Positions 30,943 to 41,621 of a stretch of 64,000 nt of DNA are shown here, piece by piece. The translations under genes and the position numbers were made by a program. The DNA comes from an uncultured Aliarcobacter sp. (lineage in GTDB: Bacteria > Campylobacterota > Campylobacteria > Campylobacterales > Arcobacteraceae): assembly GCA_963677435.1 (NCBI GenBank), contig OY781945.1, positions 288,001-352,000 of the forward strand, in the 5' to 3' direction. The stretch's first letter is position 1, and each line of letters opens with the position of its first letter. The notes beneath the pieces are model-generated. The model worked only from the letters and a program-made list of their open reading frames with translations, ran no database searches and had not been told where the DNA came from.

Positions 30943-31182
30943 CTATTTTTGAATTATATATTGAATAGTAGGACCACTACTATCAATACTTAAAACTTTA
31001 TAGCCATGATTTTTAGCATCAATTGGAATATTATTTATACTTTGTGGACAATCACTAATAATCTCTAATATTTCGCCTTCTTTTAAACTTTCCATGGCTT
31101 CTAGTGTTTTAACAGCTGGATATGGACAAGGCTCACCTTGCATATCAAGTCTATAATCTGGAACAATATTTTCTTTTTGCAT
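30943..31182 (-). CDS. yedF: TusA-family sulfur/selenium carrier YedF
   Basis: LDMQGEPCPYP, SDCPQSINNIP. Confidence 0.92.
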   Translation of the reverse strand: MQKENIVPDYRLDMQGEPCPYPAVKTLEAMESLKEGEILEIISDCPQSINNIPIDAKNHGYKVLSIDSSGPTIQYIIQK

Positions 31183-31183
31183 A

Positions 31184-32386
31184 TTAATTTCCTTTATTTT
31201 GTAATTTTATTCTATAATTTTTCTCTAATTTTAGAATTAATAAAAATAGTAAAAATAAGAAAATATAGTTCATGAATAATCCACCATAAGAACCAAATGA
31301 TGAAAGTAAATTTATTTTTGGCCATGAAGTTGCAAGCGATAGTGAAAAACTATCCCACATAAATGCAAGTAAAGTAGCACCAATTACATTTCCAATACCA
31401 ACTATCCAAAAATGTACTTGTCCCTCAACAGCTCTATACATCCATCCACATTCACAACCACCAGCAAGAACAATTCCAAATCCAAATAATAATCCGCCAA
31501 TAATTGCATTTGGTCCTGCCCACATGATTTTTGCAGGAGTTCCAATCATGATATAAGAAAATACACCAATAGTTGAAACTGCCATTCCAATTACAATTGC
31601 AATTGCTAATTCACTTCTTCCTGTGGTAAAAATATCTCTAAATGCAGAAGTAAAACAAATTTGTGCTTTAGCAATTAATAATCCAAAAGCACTTCCAAAA
31701 AGCATAGCAATACCAAGTTTTTGACTATTTGCAACAAATATTAAATATAAAGCCCAAAATATCATTGCAACAAATACTAAAGTTCCTATTGTAAATAATG
31801 ATTTAACATGTTGGGTATCTTTATTTAATTCTTTACTACAAGATACTTTTTGTAATTTTATTTTTGATTGGAAAAAAGGAAGTAAAGTTACTTTTGCTCC
31901 TAAATAAACACCAATAATCATTGCAAGGGTAAAAAACCAAGCATGAAGAGAAAACTGAGGAATACCTGTAAATAAACTAGCAAGATTACAACCCATTCCA
32001 AGTCTTGCACCAAATCCTGCAATTATTCCACCAATTAGGGCTTGTGCTATTCTGATTTTACTAGCAGGCATTCTAAGTTTTACATTATTTCCCCAAAATG
32101 CAGCAGCAATACAACCAGCAAACATACCAATAATCATAACACCATCAATTCGTGTTAAACTATTGCCATCCATTTTCATGATTTTATAATATCCCCAATT
32201 GCTAATATCAACACCAAAAAATTGTAGAATATGTCCACCCCATCTTGTGAATTCACCTGTAACTGCCCAATAAGTTCCTGTTATACCAAAATAGTATGCA
32301 GCTAATACACCAAGTGCTATAACAGCAGGTGTTGGTCGCCAAAACCCAACTAAATAGGTTTGTTTAAATTGCTTGAAATAATCCAT
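31184..32386 (-). CDS. yedE: YedE/YeeE family sulfur/selenium transport membrane protein
   Basis: WAVTGEFTRWGG, ARLGMGCN, QICFTSAFRD, LAGGCECGW. Confidence 0.92.
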   Translation of the reverse strand: MDYFKQFKQTYLVGFWRPTPAVIALGVLAAYYFGITGTYWAVTGEFTRWGGHILQFFGVDISNWGYYKIMKMDGNSLTRIDGVMIIGMFAGCIAAAFWGNNVKLRMPASKIRIAQALIGGIIAGFGARLGMGCNLASLFTGIPQFSLHAWFFTLAMIIGVYLGAKVTLLPFFQSKIKLQKVSCSKELNKDTQHVKSLFTIGTLVFVAMIFWALYLIFVANSQKLGIAMLFGSAFGLLIAKAQICFTSAFRDIFTTGRSELAIAIVIGMAVSTIGVFSYIMIGTPAKIMWAGPNAIIGGLLFGFGIVLAGGCECGWMYRAVEGQVHFWIVGIGNVIGATLLAFMWDSFSLSLATSWPKINLLSSFGSYGGLFMNYIFLFLLFLLILKLEKNYRIKLQNKGN

Positions 32387-32545
32387 TCAATTTTCTCCTA
32401 ACAATATGTTTTATTTTTGAAATTTTGGATAAATCTTTTATAGTTTAAAAGTATCCTGATTAATTGATGAGATTAAAATATTTTGTATCTCTATTTGTAC
32501 CACAAATCTGTTGGAATATTAATAGAAATTAACTTAATAAGAATT

Positions 32546-32575
32546 AAAAAAGGTAAATATTATTTTACCTTTTTT
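32546..32575 (-). terminator. Terminator after sensor kinase
   Basis: aaaaaaggtaaa-tattat-tttacctttttt. Confidence 0.7.
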
Positions 32576-33776
32576 AATTATTTAGAAAAGTAATTTTAAA
32601 GGTATTAAACTCATTTTCATAAGAGTAGTCCAACTTAAAATCATGTTTATCAATAATCTTTTTTACAATACTTAAACCTAATCCAAAACCATCCCTTTGA
32701 GATAATTCTTGTGTAAAGGGTTTTAAGTAATACTCTATCTCTTTTGATAGTTTTTTACCTTTATTTGAAATGCTTATCTCTTTTTCATTTGCTTCAATAA
32801 TTATTGGGAAGGATATAGCATATTTTAATGCATTGTCAATTAGATTTTTAAGAGCCACTGATAAGTAGTGTAAATCACCTGAAATCTTAAAATTATCAAC
32901 TATATTTATATCTATTTTTGACTCATCTTCTAAATAGAGTTTTCCAAGTGATTCTACAATTAGAGTTTCAGCTGTGAAATTTGTAAGATTTAGTTTTGTA
33001 AGATCCAATTTTTCAAGTTCTATTAACTCATTTGTTAAAATTTCTAAATCAGAAAATATCTTTTTCAATAACTCTTTTTGGGAAAAATCATCTATTTTTT
33101 CAATAGCAAATTTACCTTTTGCAATAGGAGTTCGAAGTTCATGTCCAATATCTCTTAAGAGTTCTTCTCTTGTTTTTATAGAGTTTTCAAGGGAAGTAGC
33201 CATTTTATTAAAGGTAGTTGCCAAAACTCCTATTTCGTCTTTTGAAGATATATCTAACCTACTTGATAAATCACCATTTGCAAAATTTGTCAGCTGTTTG
33301 GTTATGACTTTTAAAGGTGATAGTAGTTTTATTAGATATAAAAAGATTAGAATTAAAACAAAAATATCTGTAAAAACAAGAATATTTAATATTAATTTAT
33401 CGACTATATTTTTTTCATCTGGAGATTCTAAAATATACTCTTCATCTAAATATTTTATTTTTATAATAAATTCATCATCAAAGGATTTTTTTAGAATTAT
33501 AATATTTCCAAAAGTGAGCCTATTATCATATAAAACTTCATAGTCTTTCTCATTTTTTATGCTTTTTTTATATTCTAAATCATAAATTTTAATTAACTTA
33601 TCTAATTGATTTTTATTTTCGATATTTTCAAATAGTTCATTTGAGATTTTTATATATTTTTCTTTTACTAAACTATCTACTCTTTTTGAATTGATGCTAT
33701 CAATCCAAAAACCAATAATAGACATAAGAGTTAAACTAATGATAAATAAAATTGATATTTTTTTAAAAATTGACAT
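32574..33776 (-). CDS. HAMP-domain sensor histidine kinase (ArsS-like)
   Basis: DEIG HAMP, GHELRTP, NLIDNALKY, GFGLGLSIV. Confidence 0.95.
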   Translation of the reverse strand: MSIFKKISILFIISLTLMSIIGFWIDSINSKRVDSLVKEKYIKISNELFENIENKNQLDKLIKIYDLEYKKSIKNEKDYEVLYDNRLTFGNIIILKKSFDDEFIIKIKYLDEEYILESPDEKNIVDKLILNILVFTDIFVLILIFLYLIKLLSPLKVITKQLTNFANGDLSSRLDISSKDEIGVLATTFNKMATSLENSIKTREELLRDIGHELRTPIAKGKFAIEKIDDFSQKELLKKIFSDLEILTNELIELEKLDLTKLNLTNFTAETLIVESLGKLYLEDESKIDINIVDNFKISGDLHYLSVALKNLIDNALKYAISFPIIIEANEKEISISNKGKKLSKEIEYYLKPFTQELSQRDGFGLGLSIVKKIIDKHDFKLDYSYENEFNTFKITFLNN

Positions 33777-33777
33777 T

Positions 33778-34443
33778 TTACCCTACGAACTTATAACCAA
33801 TACCCCAAACAGATTTGATATATTTAGGATTCTTTGAGTCATCACCAATTTTATATCTAATATTTGAAATATGCATATCAATTGTTCTATTTTTTGTGTT
33901 TTCATCCAATGAAGTTGCATGTAATATCTGCTCTCTTGATGATATTTTATTTATATTATCAATTAAAAATATAAATATTTCAAACTCTATTTTTGTTAAA
34001 TCTATTGGAAAATCATCTAAAATTACAGTTCTATTATCTTTATCAATTACAAATTCACCAATGGTAAGTTTATTTGATAAATTCTTTTTTAAAATATGTT
34101 CAATTCTTAAAACAAGCTCTCTTGGTTCATAGGGTTTTGCTAAATAGTCATCGGCTCCAAGCTCAAAACCATGAATTTTATTTCCTATATCACCCCTTGC
34201 AGAGGAGATGATAATAGGAATATCTTTTATCTGTTTTAGTTTTTTAAATAAATCAAATCCATCAATATCAGGAAGCATTAAATCAAGAATTATTATTGCG
34301 TAGTCATTTTGCATTTTGAAGTTTTCAAGGGCATCTTTTGGATGTGAAAAAGCAGTACAAGTAAAATCATAATCTTGTAGATATTCAACTATTAATTTTT
34401 GCATTTGTAAATCATCTTCTATTAATAAAACATTTTTACTCAA
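33778..34443 (-). CDS. OmpR-family response regulator (probable TTG start at 34443)
   Basis: LIEDD, LDLMLP, GADDYLAKP, RTIDMHISNIR, VWGIGY; GAGGAG RBS before TTG. Confidence 0.93.
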   Translation of the reverse strand: MSKNVLLIEDDLQMQKLIVEYLQDYDFTCTAFSHPKDALENFKMQNDYAIIILDLMLPDIDGFDLFKKLKQIKDIPIIISSARGDIGNKIHGFELGADDYLAKPYEPRELVLRIEHILKKNLSNKLTIGEFVIDKDNRTVILDDFPIDLTKIEFEIFIFLIDNINKISSREQILHATSLDENTKNRTIDMHISNIRYKIGDDSKNPKYIKSVWGIGYKFVG

Positions 34444-34828
34444 TTTCCCACTCCTCAAGATATTTTGAAAACTTTTCTCTTTGCTTTTCATCTAAAATCA
34501 TATGTATTTTTTTAAGTTTTTCGATTTCTAAAAAAGAGGCTTTCGTTTTTAAATCAGTTAAAATTTCAAAATATAATTTATCATCAAAAACATTATCTTC
34601 TATTATATCTTTTAGTTTATCTTCTTTATCTTTTTTATATTCATAGAATTTTTTATATTTGTATTTAAACTCGATTAAAACCTCTTTTATATCTTTTTTT
34701 TGTTGAGGATTTAAATCCAAATACTCAAGGTTTTTGTAGGAATATTTGCCATGTTTATCATCACTAGCATTTAAAAATAAAAAAAAACTACTTAAAAGCA
34801 GAAAGATTTTTAATATTTTCATTATCAA
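34436..34828 (-). CDS. Spy/CpxP-like periplasmic protein
   Basis: Signal peptide; LDLNPQQ and ILDEKQR (LTxxQ-like) repeats; directly upstream of TCS. Confidence 0.7.
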   Translation of the reverse strand: MIMKILKIFLLLSSFFLFLNASDDKHGKYSYKNLEYLDLNPQQKKDIKEVLIEFKYKYKKFYEYKKDKEDKLKDIIEDNVFDDKLYFEILTDLKTKASFLEIEKLKKIHMILDEKQREKFSKYLEEWEIE

Positions 34829-35906
34829 TTAATCCTTTTTCTATATCTGTATGGCAAGCTTTGCAGTTTGCTTTACTTTTTACTTTTTCATTATCAAAAA
34901 TCTCTTTTGGTATATCTTTATGGGTTTTTTCCCAATAAGTTGTTTTAGTCATAGCAATAATATCTTTGTCACCAATTGAGTTTAAAAACTTCCAACTGCT
35001 TTTCATACTTGAGGTCTCAGCACTATTTTTAAGTAAAAAAGCCAAGATATTTTTATTTAACTCTTCATCTATTGAAGCATCATCACCAAAGTGATTTTCT
35101 AAATTGCTCATGATTGATTCCCAAGACTTTTTTGGTAAAAGGTTTGGAGGATACAAAGTGTGACATGAAGCACACTCATTTACAAAGGCTGCATTTTGTG
35201 TTTGATAATCTACAGGTTTGTAAATTGATGAGGTTAAGATATTAGTTGGTTTGTAAAGATTAAAACATAAAAAACCGATAAAAAATATAAACATAGTTCC
35301 TGCAAATACTTTTTGATAGATGTTTAATTTTATACTTTCATCATCATTTGTAACTTTATAACCTGTAATTATAGAATTAAGAGTTTCATGTTTTTTATGA
35401 AGTAATCTATCAACTAAAATACCTGAAAGGTGGGCAATTATTAAAGCTATAAAAAGATTTGATAAGAGTTCATGTATCTCTTTGAAAAGTTTCATATCTT
35501 TAAAATATGAACTATTTAAAAAAGCTAAAATACCTTTTCCCTCTTGAACACCAAAGGCTAAAATACCTGTAAGTATTGTTAAAAAAGCCACAATAAACAT
35601 GGCAATTAATACATAAGAGGCCAAGGGATTGTGACCAATATATTTTTGTTTTTCTTCAAATATATTTTTTAGAAAATCTTTTGAACTTTGAAGATTTGCT
35701 GGGAAATCCTTAAATAATGAATATTTAGGTCCAAAAAATCCCCAAAAAGCTCTAAAAATAAGAAGTATTAATACTGCATATCCTGCAATTGCATGATAGT
35801 TTAATAATTTAGCTTCATCATCACTTAAAAAAGCTAATAAAATAAATAGTACAAAAAGCCAGTGAAAAACTCTAGTTGGCATTGACCAAATGTATGATTT
35901 TTTCAT
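34788..35906 (-). CDS. Cytochrome b (Ni-hydrogenase b-type) fused to diheme cytochrome c domain
   Basis: RVFHW, GHNP, HE and AH heme-b His ligands; CASCH and CKACH in C-terminal domain. Confidence 0.9.
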   Translation of the reverse strand: MKKSYIWSMPTRVFHWLFVLFILLAFLSDDEAKLLNYHAIAGYAVLILLIFRAFWGFFGPKYSLFKDFPANLQSSKDFLKNIFEEKQKYIGHNPLASYVLIAMFIVAFLTILTGILAFGVQEGKGILAFLNSSYFKDMKLFKEIHELLSNLFIALIIAHLSGILVDRLLHKKHETLNSIITGYKVTNDDESIKLNIYQKVFAGTMFIFFIGFLCFNLYKPTNILTSSIYKPVDYQTQNAAFVNECASCHTLYPPNLLPKKSWESIMSNLENHFGDDASIDEELNKNILAFLLKNSAETSSMKSSWKFLNSIGDKDIIAMTKTTYWEKTHKDIPKEIFDNEKVKSKANCKACHTDIEKGLIDNENIKNLSAFK

Positions 35907-35917
35907 TAATTACCCTT

Positions 35918-36430
35918 TTAATCTTCCCATCTACCAAAGTTTGGGATTTTTATATCTCTTTCCCCATAGATTCCTTTATCAGCTGTCGTATGACAAGCAA
36001 CACAATTAAATAAACCTTTAACTTCAGGTTGTGTAATCATATTTTTTCTAAGTTCCCTATGTTTTTGTACCATATAAGGAGTTGTTGAAATAGAATCAGG
36101 AATTTGTCCAGCTGGAATACTTGAAACAATTCTGTTACTTCTTTTATATTGCATATTTTTTTCTGCACTATTATCTTCTAAATATTTTGATAAAGTTTGG
36201 AAATCTTCAGGTGCAAGTGAGGCATCTGTTCCAAAATGTTTATCTAAATTTTTCATTATTTTAGTCCAAGCATTAGCTGGAAGTAATCCTGGTTGATAAG
36301 CAAAATGGCAAGATGCACATTCATTTACATATAACTGATTATTTACAGGTGCTACATCTGTTTTAGCAGATGAATAAGACCCTGCAAATAAAAAGTTTAT
36401 AGCTATTGCTAAGAAAATTAAATATTTCAT
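35918..36430 (-). CDS. Diheme cytochrome c (DHC)
   Basis: Signal peptide; ECASCHFAYQPGLLP...HFG and NCVACH. Confidence 0.92.
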   Translation of the reverse strand: MKYLIFLAIAINFLFAGSYSSAKTDVAPVNNQLYVNECASCHFAYQPGLLPANAWTKIMKNLDKHFGTDASLAPEDFQTLSKYLEDNSAEKNMQYKRSNRIVSSIPAGQIPDSISTTPYMVQKHRELRKNMITQPEVKGLFNCVACHTTADKGIYGERDIKIPNFGRWED

Positions 36431-36441
36431 GATTTATCCTT

Positions 36442-36843
36442 TTATTTATTTATGATGTAAGTTGTTACATCACCTTTTTCAAGTGCAGTTCCCTCACGAT
36501 TATAAACATCGTTGAAGTTTCTTTTCATCCATTTTTCAATCTCTTTAATATCAGTAAATCTTTTTGGATTTGCTTTTGGAGAAAGTGGTTCGATTGTTTT
36601 TCCTGTGAAAGTGTTTTCTCCACTATTATTAAGATTAATAGTGTGACAAGTTGTACATGAAATCTCTTTGCCTTTTTTACCAATATGTTTTGATGTGAAA
36701 ATCTCTTCACCTCGTTTGGCATCAAAAGTTGTGAAATTTGGATTAACTTTTAAAACTTCTTGTTTTAAAGAGTTAAGATAATCATCAACAACACTTGCGA
36801 AAGTTAAATTTAGAAATAGGGCTGTTAGGAGTAGAATTCTCAT
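36442..36843 (-). CDS. SHP-like (DUF1924) monoheme cytochrome c
   Basis: RGEEIF, SCTTCH, GKTIEPLSP.ANPKRFTD, EKW..RN, EKGD. Confidence 0.88.
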   Translation of the reverse strand: MRILLLTALFLNLTFASVVDDYLNSLKQEVLKVNPNFTTFDAKRGEEIFTSKHIGKKGKEISCTTCHTINLNNSGENTFTGKTIEPLSPKANPKRFTDIKEIEKWMKRNFNDVYNREGTALEKGDVTTYIINK

Positions 36844-36925
36844 TTTGTTATACCTCTGCTTTTTATATAACAGAAGTATAAGGGAATAGTTTAAAGTTTT
36901 TTTGTTATTTTTCTTGACAATTTCT

Positions 36926-37285
36926 TTACAAAGAGTCTGTTAGTACAATTGCCCAAGTTACAATAAAAATAAAGATACTTAAAAATACTATAGCACTTCC
37001 CACATCTTTAGCTCGTCCTGCCATGTCATGATGTTCAAGTGTTACTAAATCTACAACTCGCTCAATTGCACTATTTATAGTCTCTGCTAGGATCATTCCC
37101 ATTAAAGTAATAAACATTAAAGCTTTATTTGTAAGAGTTGCATCTATAAATATTATTACAGGAAGTAAAATAATAGTTATAATTAACTCTATTTTAAAAG
37201 AAGTTTCTGTTTTGATTAAATCAATTAAACCTTTTAATGCATAAGAGGTATTTTTAAAAAAATTATATTTGGGTTGATTTCTCAA
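36926..37285 (-). CDS. dgkA: Diacylglycerol kinase
   Basis: ETSFKIE, ETINSAIERVVD, AKDVGSA. Confidence 0.93.
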   Translation of the reverse strand: MRNQPKYNFFKNTSYALKGLIDLIKTETSFKIELIITIILLPVIIFIDATLTNKALMFITLMGMILAETINSAIERVVDLVTLEHHDMAGRAKDVGSAIVFLSIFIFIVTWAIVLTDSL

Positions 37286-37970
37286 TCTTATCCTTTTGTT
37301 TAAATTGTGTGCATTTTACTATTATTAAGATAATAAGCCAAGCCATTAACATTGTAATTATTGTATGACTTAAAAAGTGGTCACCTAAAAGCATCTTATA
37401 TGTCCCCATACTCCAACCAACTATTAAAGCAGCAACTAATGCTCTTTTTTGATTTTTTGGTGTTTTAAATAGGAAAAATAGCGCCATTAAGGCAAAACCA
37501 CCACTAGCATGACCTGCTGGCCAGCATCTTACTTTTGAAGTTTGTACAAAATCTTTTGGGTAAGAGTCAAATACTTTATGTTCAGGATAAGTTCCATCAA
37601 AATGAGTAATATTTGCAGGACAAGGAGTATTTGTAACAGCTTTTAATGAACCTATAATTAAAGGTACAAAAATAGCTGATAATAAAACAATAATCAAACC
37701 CTTTTTGTATTCTTGAACAAATCTTTTATTTCTTAAAAAAATTAAAGATAATAAAATAAGTACAGCAAATAAAATCAGTAAATTTTTAATTCCAGAATAA
37801 AAGAACAATCTTAATAAGGGTTCGTTTTTATCTATTAACCAATTTTTTGTATCAAAGTTATAAAAAAAGTTTTGAACAAATATATCTAATTCACTGAATT
37901 GAAAAAGCGTAATTACAGCTATTAATAAAATAGCTGTAATTATCATTTGTTTATTGAGAGATTTTAGCAT
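37263..37970 (-). CDS. PAP2-family membrane phosphatase
   Basis: K..TNTPCP, CWPAGHASGG, GDHFLSH. Confidence 0.88.
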   Translation of the reverse strand: MLKSLNKQMIITAILLIAVITLFQFSELDIFVQNFFYNFDTKNWLIDKNEPLLRLFFYSGIKNLLILFAVLILLSLIFLRNKRFVQEYKKGLIIVLLSAIFVPLIIGSLKAVTNTPCPANITHFDGTYPEHKVFDSYPKDFVQTSKVRCWPAGHASGGFALMALFFLFKTPKNQKRALVAALIVGWSMGTYKMLLGDHFLSHTIITMLMAWLIILIIVKCTQFKQKDKIEKSTQI

Positions 37971-39567
37971 TATTTATTATGTCCATGTCTTTTTTATAAA
38001 CATCCGTTTTTACTTCGAATAAACCTAAAAGTGTATGAAATAGATTATCTTGTGAAAATCGTTCATTTTTATAACTATTTAGTTTATCTGTATCAATTTC
38101 TTTTTTTATTTCTCCACCAAACCACATAAGTGATCCAATATGTTTTTGTTCTTCAGGTGCCATAAAATATGGTAAACCATGTAAATAAATTCCATTTTCA
38201 CCCAAACTTTCACCATGATCACTCATGTAAACCATTCCAGTTTCATAATCATTAGAATATGGTTTTAAGAAATTAATTACTTTTGATAAAAAATAATCTG
38301 TGTATAAAATTGCATTATCATAAGCATTACTTACTTCTTCTTGAGAGCAAGCTTCTAATTGATTTGTTTTACAAACTGGTGTGAATTTTTCAAACTCTTT
38401 TGGATATCTTTTATAATAAGCAGGTCCATGATTTCCCATTTGGTGTAGAACTATCAAAATGTCTTTCCCTTGATTGTTTTTAATATACTCATCAAGTCCA
38501 ACTAACATTCCCACATCTCTACATTCATCATCTTCACAGATAGTGTTTGTTTTAGATGTTCTGTAATCTTCAAAATCTACTCTTAGAGCAACACCTTTTG
38601 AATCAGAGTTGTTATCTCTCCATAGAATTTTTATATCATTTGTATGTTTTAAAACATCTATAACATTTTCAGTGGTTATTCCTTTTTTGTAATCATAATC
38701 TGCTTTGTCAAAAATTGAAAACATACATGGAACTGATTCAGCTGTTGATGTTCCACATGAATACATATTTGAGAAATTTATAACATCCTCTTGTTTGAGT
38801 AAAGGATTTGTCTCTTTCTTATATCCATTTAATGAGAATCTATCAGCTCGTGCTGCTTCTCCAACAACCATAATAATCAACTCTTTTTTTTCAAGTTGAT
38901 TATTTGTATCTTTTGTTATACTTGCATCTTTACCAATTGGTTTAACTACAATTGGTCCACTTGTAATAGTTTTATTAATATAATTCCCAATACTATAAAT
39001 CCAATAGATAGGATTTACATGGTATCTTAGTGGTTTATGCTCTCTAAAAAATGAAGTGTAAAATTTACTAAAACTAAATAATACAACTAAAATAATCGCT
39101 AAAGATAAAAATAAAGTTTTTAGTTTTGCAAAAACTTCTTGTTTAAATGGTTTGTATTCAATTTTAGTTTTAACAATTGCAAATGAGGGAATTATTGCTA
39201 AAAATAGAACATAAATAATCAGTTTGTAGCTAAATAAATCAGATGATTCACTTAAATTTGTTTGTAAAGTATTTCTAATCATACTATCATCAATAACTAT
39301 ATGATAGGTATCCATAAAATAAGCAGTAAATGCTGAGACAACAAATGTAATTATTAAAAGAGGTTTTGTTGTATATTTAGATGAAAAAAGTGTAAATAAG
39401 AATATAATAAAACTTATTAGTATAGTAAAAATGGAAAAAATATAAATTATATTCAGTCCTTCAAATGTATATGTATTTAATACATTTTTAAAAAATGAGA
39501 AATTGTAAAATATTGCAAAAAATATTGCACTAATTAAGATTAGTCTATATTGAGAAATTTGTTTCAA
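37951..39567 (-). CDS. eptA: Lipid A phosphoethanolamine transferase (EptA/MCR family)
   Basis: Five TM segments; VVGEAARAD, SCGTSTAESVPCMF, HQMGNHGPAY, SDHGESLGE, YLHG. Confidence 0.95.
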   Translation of the reverse strand: MKQISQYRLILISAIFFAIFYNFSFFKNVLNTYTFEGLNIIYIFSIFTILISFIIFLFTLFSSKYTTKPLLIITFVVSAFTAYFMDTYHIVIDDSMIRNTLQTNLSESSDLFSYKLIIYVLFLAIIPSFAIVKTKIEYKPFKQEVFAKLKTLFLSLAIILVVLFSFSKFYTSFFREHKPLRYHVNPIYWIYSIGNYINKTITSGPIVVKPIGKDASITKDTNNQLEKKELIIMVVGEAARADRFSLNGYKKETNPLLKQEDVINFSNMYSCGTSTAESVPCMFSIFDKADYDYKKGITTENVIDVLKHTNDIKILWRDNNSDSKGVALRVDFEDYRTSKTNTICEDDECRDVGMLVGLDEYIKNNQGKDILIVLHQMGNHGPAYYKRYPKEFEKFTPVCKTNQLEACSQEEVSNAYDNAILYTDYFLSKVINFLKPYSNDYETGMVYMSDHGESLGENGIYLHGLPYFMAPEEQKHIGSLMWFGGEIKKEIDTDKLNSYKNERFSQDNLFHTLLGLFEVKTDVYKKDMDIINNAKISQ

Positions 39568-39806
39568 TCAAAGCCCTTATGTTTTTTGTTATACTGAATC
39601 ATAATTATATTTAATTAATATTCAATTAACGATAAATTAATTTTTATTCATTATATATGTTTAGTATAAATAGTAATTGTAAAATTAGTTTACAATTTCT
39701 TTACAATTATTACAAAAAAATTACGACTTTTTCTTCTTTTAAGGATATATTTGTGCCCTTAAGCTATTTTTTAGTATAATCGCGAAAATTTATAAAAAGA
39801 GAATCA

Positions 39807-41621
39807 ATGAGAGACATTAGAAATATTGCAGTAATTGCACACGTTGACCACGGTAAAACTACGCTAGTAGATGAGTTATTAAAACAATCAGGAACATTTT
39901 CATCGCACCAAAATGTTGATGAAAGAGTAATGGATAGTAATGCTATTGAAAAAGAAAGAGGAATTACTATTCTTTCTAAAAATACAGCTATTGACTATGA
40001 AGGTGTAAGAATTAACATCATTGACACTCCAGGCCATGCTGACTTTGGTGGAGAAGTTGAAAGGGTATTAAAAATGGTTGATTCTGTTTTATTACTTGTA
40101 GATGCACAAGAAGGTGTTATGCCTCAAACTAAATTCGTCGTTAAAAAAGCTTTATCTTTAGGACACAGACCAATCGTTGTTATTAATAAAATTGACAAAC
40201 CAGGTGGAGATCCAGATAGAGTTGTTGATGAAGTATTTGACCTTTTTGCACAAATGGATGCAACTGAAGAACAATTAGATTTCCCAGTTGTTTATGCAGC
40301 TGCAAGAGATGGTTATGCAAAAATGTCTTTATCTGATGAAAATAAAGATTTAACTCCATTATTTCAAACAATTTTAACAGAAGTTCCAAAACCAGTAGGT
40401 TCTGATGAAAATGGTTTACAACTTCAAGTATTTACACTTGACTATGATAACTTCATTGGAAAAATCGGAATCGCTAGAATCTTCAACGGTACTATTTCAA
40501 TGGGAGAAACAGTTTTATTAGTAAAAGCTGATGGTGAAAAAATCAAAGGTAGAGTTACTAAACTTATCGGATTTAAAGGTATGGATAGATTTGATATTAA
40601 AACAGCTGGTACAGGTGATATTGTTGCCGTTGCTGGTTTTGAAACTATTGATGTTGGAGATTCACTTTGTGATCCAACAAATCCAATGCCACTTGACCCT
40701 ATGCACATTGAAGAGCCAACTCTTTCTGTAACATTTGCTGTAAATGATTCTCCATTAGCAGGAACTGAAGGTAAATTTGTTACTTCAAATAAAATCAACG
40801 AAAGATTAGCAGCTGAAATGAACACTAACATTGCTATGAATTATGAGCAAATTGGTGAAGGTAAATTTAAAGTAAACGGAAGAGGTGAGCTTCAAATTTG
40901 TATCTTAGCAGAAAATATGAGAAGAGAAGGTTTTGAGTTCTGTATCGGAAGACCAGAGGTTATTACTAAAGTTGAAGATGGTGTTAAAATGGAGCCATTT
41001 GAGCATTTAGTTATCGATTTACCTGATGAGCATACAGGTGCTATTATTGAAAAACTTGGAAAAAGAAAAGCTAATATGACAAATATGGTACCAATGGGTG
41101 CTGGTTATACAAGATTAGAGTTTGAAATTCCAGCTAGAGGTTTAATTGGTATTAGAACTGAGTTCTTAACTGAAACTAAAGGTGAGGGTGTTATGAATCA
41201 CTCATTCTTAGAATTTAGACCATACTCAGGAATGGTTGAGTCAAGAAAATATGGAGCATTAGTTTCTATGGAAGCTGGAGAAGCCGTTGGTTATTCAATC
41301 TTCAACTTACAAGATAGAGGTATTATGTTTGTTAAACCTCAAGATAAAGTATATGTTGGTATGGTTATTGGTCAACATGCAAAAGATAATGATTTAGATG
41401 TTAACCCAACTAAAGGTAAAGCTCAATCAAATGTTAGATCTTCTGGTGCTGATGAAGCTATTAAATTAGTTCCACCAAGATCTATGTCTTTAGAAAATGC
41501 ATTAGAGTGGATTGAAGAAGATGAATCAGTTGAAATTACACCTATCTCTATTAGAGTTAGAAAAAGAGAACTTGATCCAACAGTTAGAAAAAGAACTGCA
41601 AAAAAAGAGAAATATAATTAG
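39807..41621 (+). CDS. typA: Translational GTPase TypA/BipA
   Basis: [36 protein letters not shown]. Confidence 0.99.
   Translation: MRDIRNIAVIAHVDHGKTTLVDELLKQSGTFSSHQNVDERVMDSNAIEKERGITILSKNTAIDYEGVRINIIDTPGHADFGGEVERVLKMVDSVLLLVDAQEGVMPQTKFVVKKALSLGHRPIVVINKIDKPGGDPDRVVDEVFDLFAQMDATEEQLDFPVVYAAARDGYAKMSLSDENKDLTPLFQTILTEVPKPVGSDENGLQLQVFTLDYDNFIGKIGIARIFNGTISMGETVLLVKADGEKIKGRVTKLIGFKGMDRFDIKTAGTGDIVAVAGFETIDVGDSLCDPTNPMPLDPMHIEEPTLSVTFAVNDSPLAGTEGKFVTSNKINERLAAEMNTNIAMNYEQIGEGKFKVNGRGELQICILAENMRREGFEFCIGRPEVITKVEDGVKMEPFEHLVIDLPDEHTGAIIEKLGKRKANMTNMVPMGAGYTRLEFEIPARGLIGIRTEFLTETKGEGVMNHSFLEFRPYSGMVESRKYGALVSMEAGEAVGYSIFNLQDRGIMFVKPQDKVYVGMVIGQHAKDNDLDVNPTKGKAQSNVRSSGADEAIKLVPPRSMSLENALEWIEEDESVEITPISIRVRKRELDPTVRKRTAKKEKYN

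Noticed and set aside
37951..39567. Mobile mcr colistin-resistance gene
   Set aside because: No IS or transposon ends; composition like its neighbours; embedded among chromosomal genes
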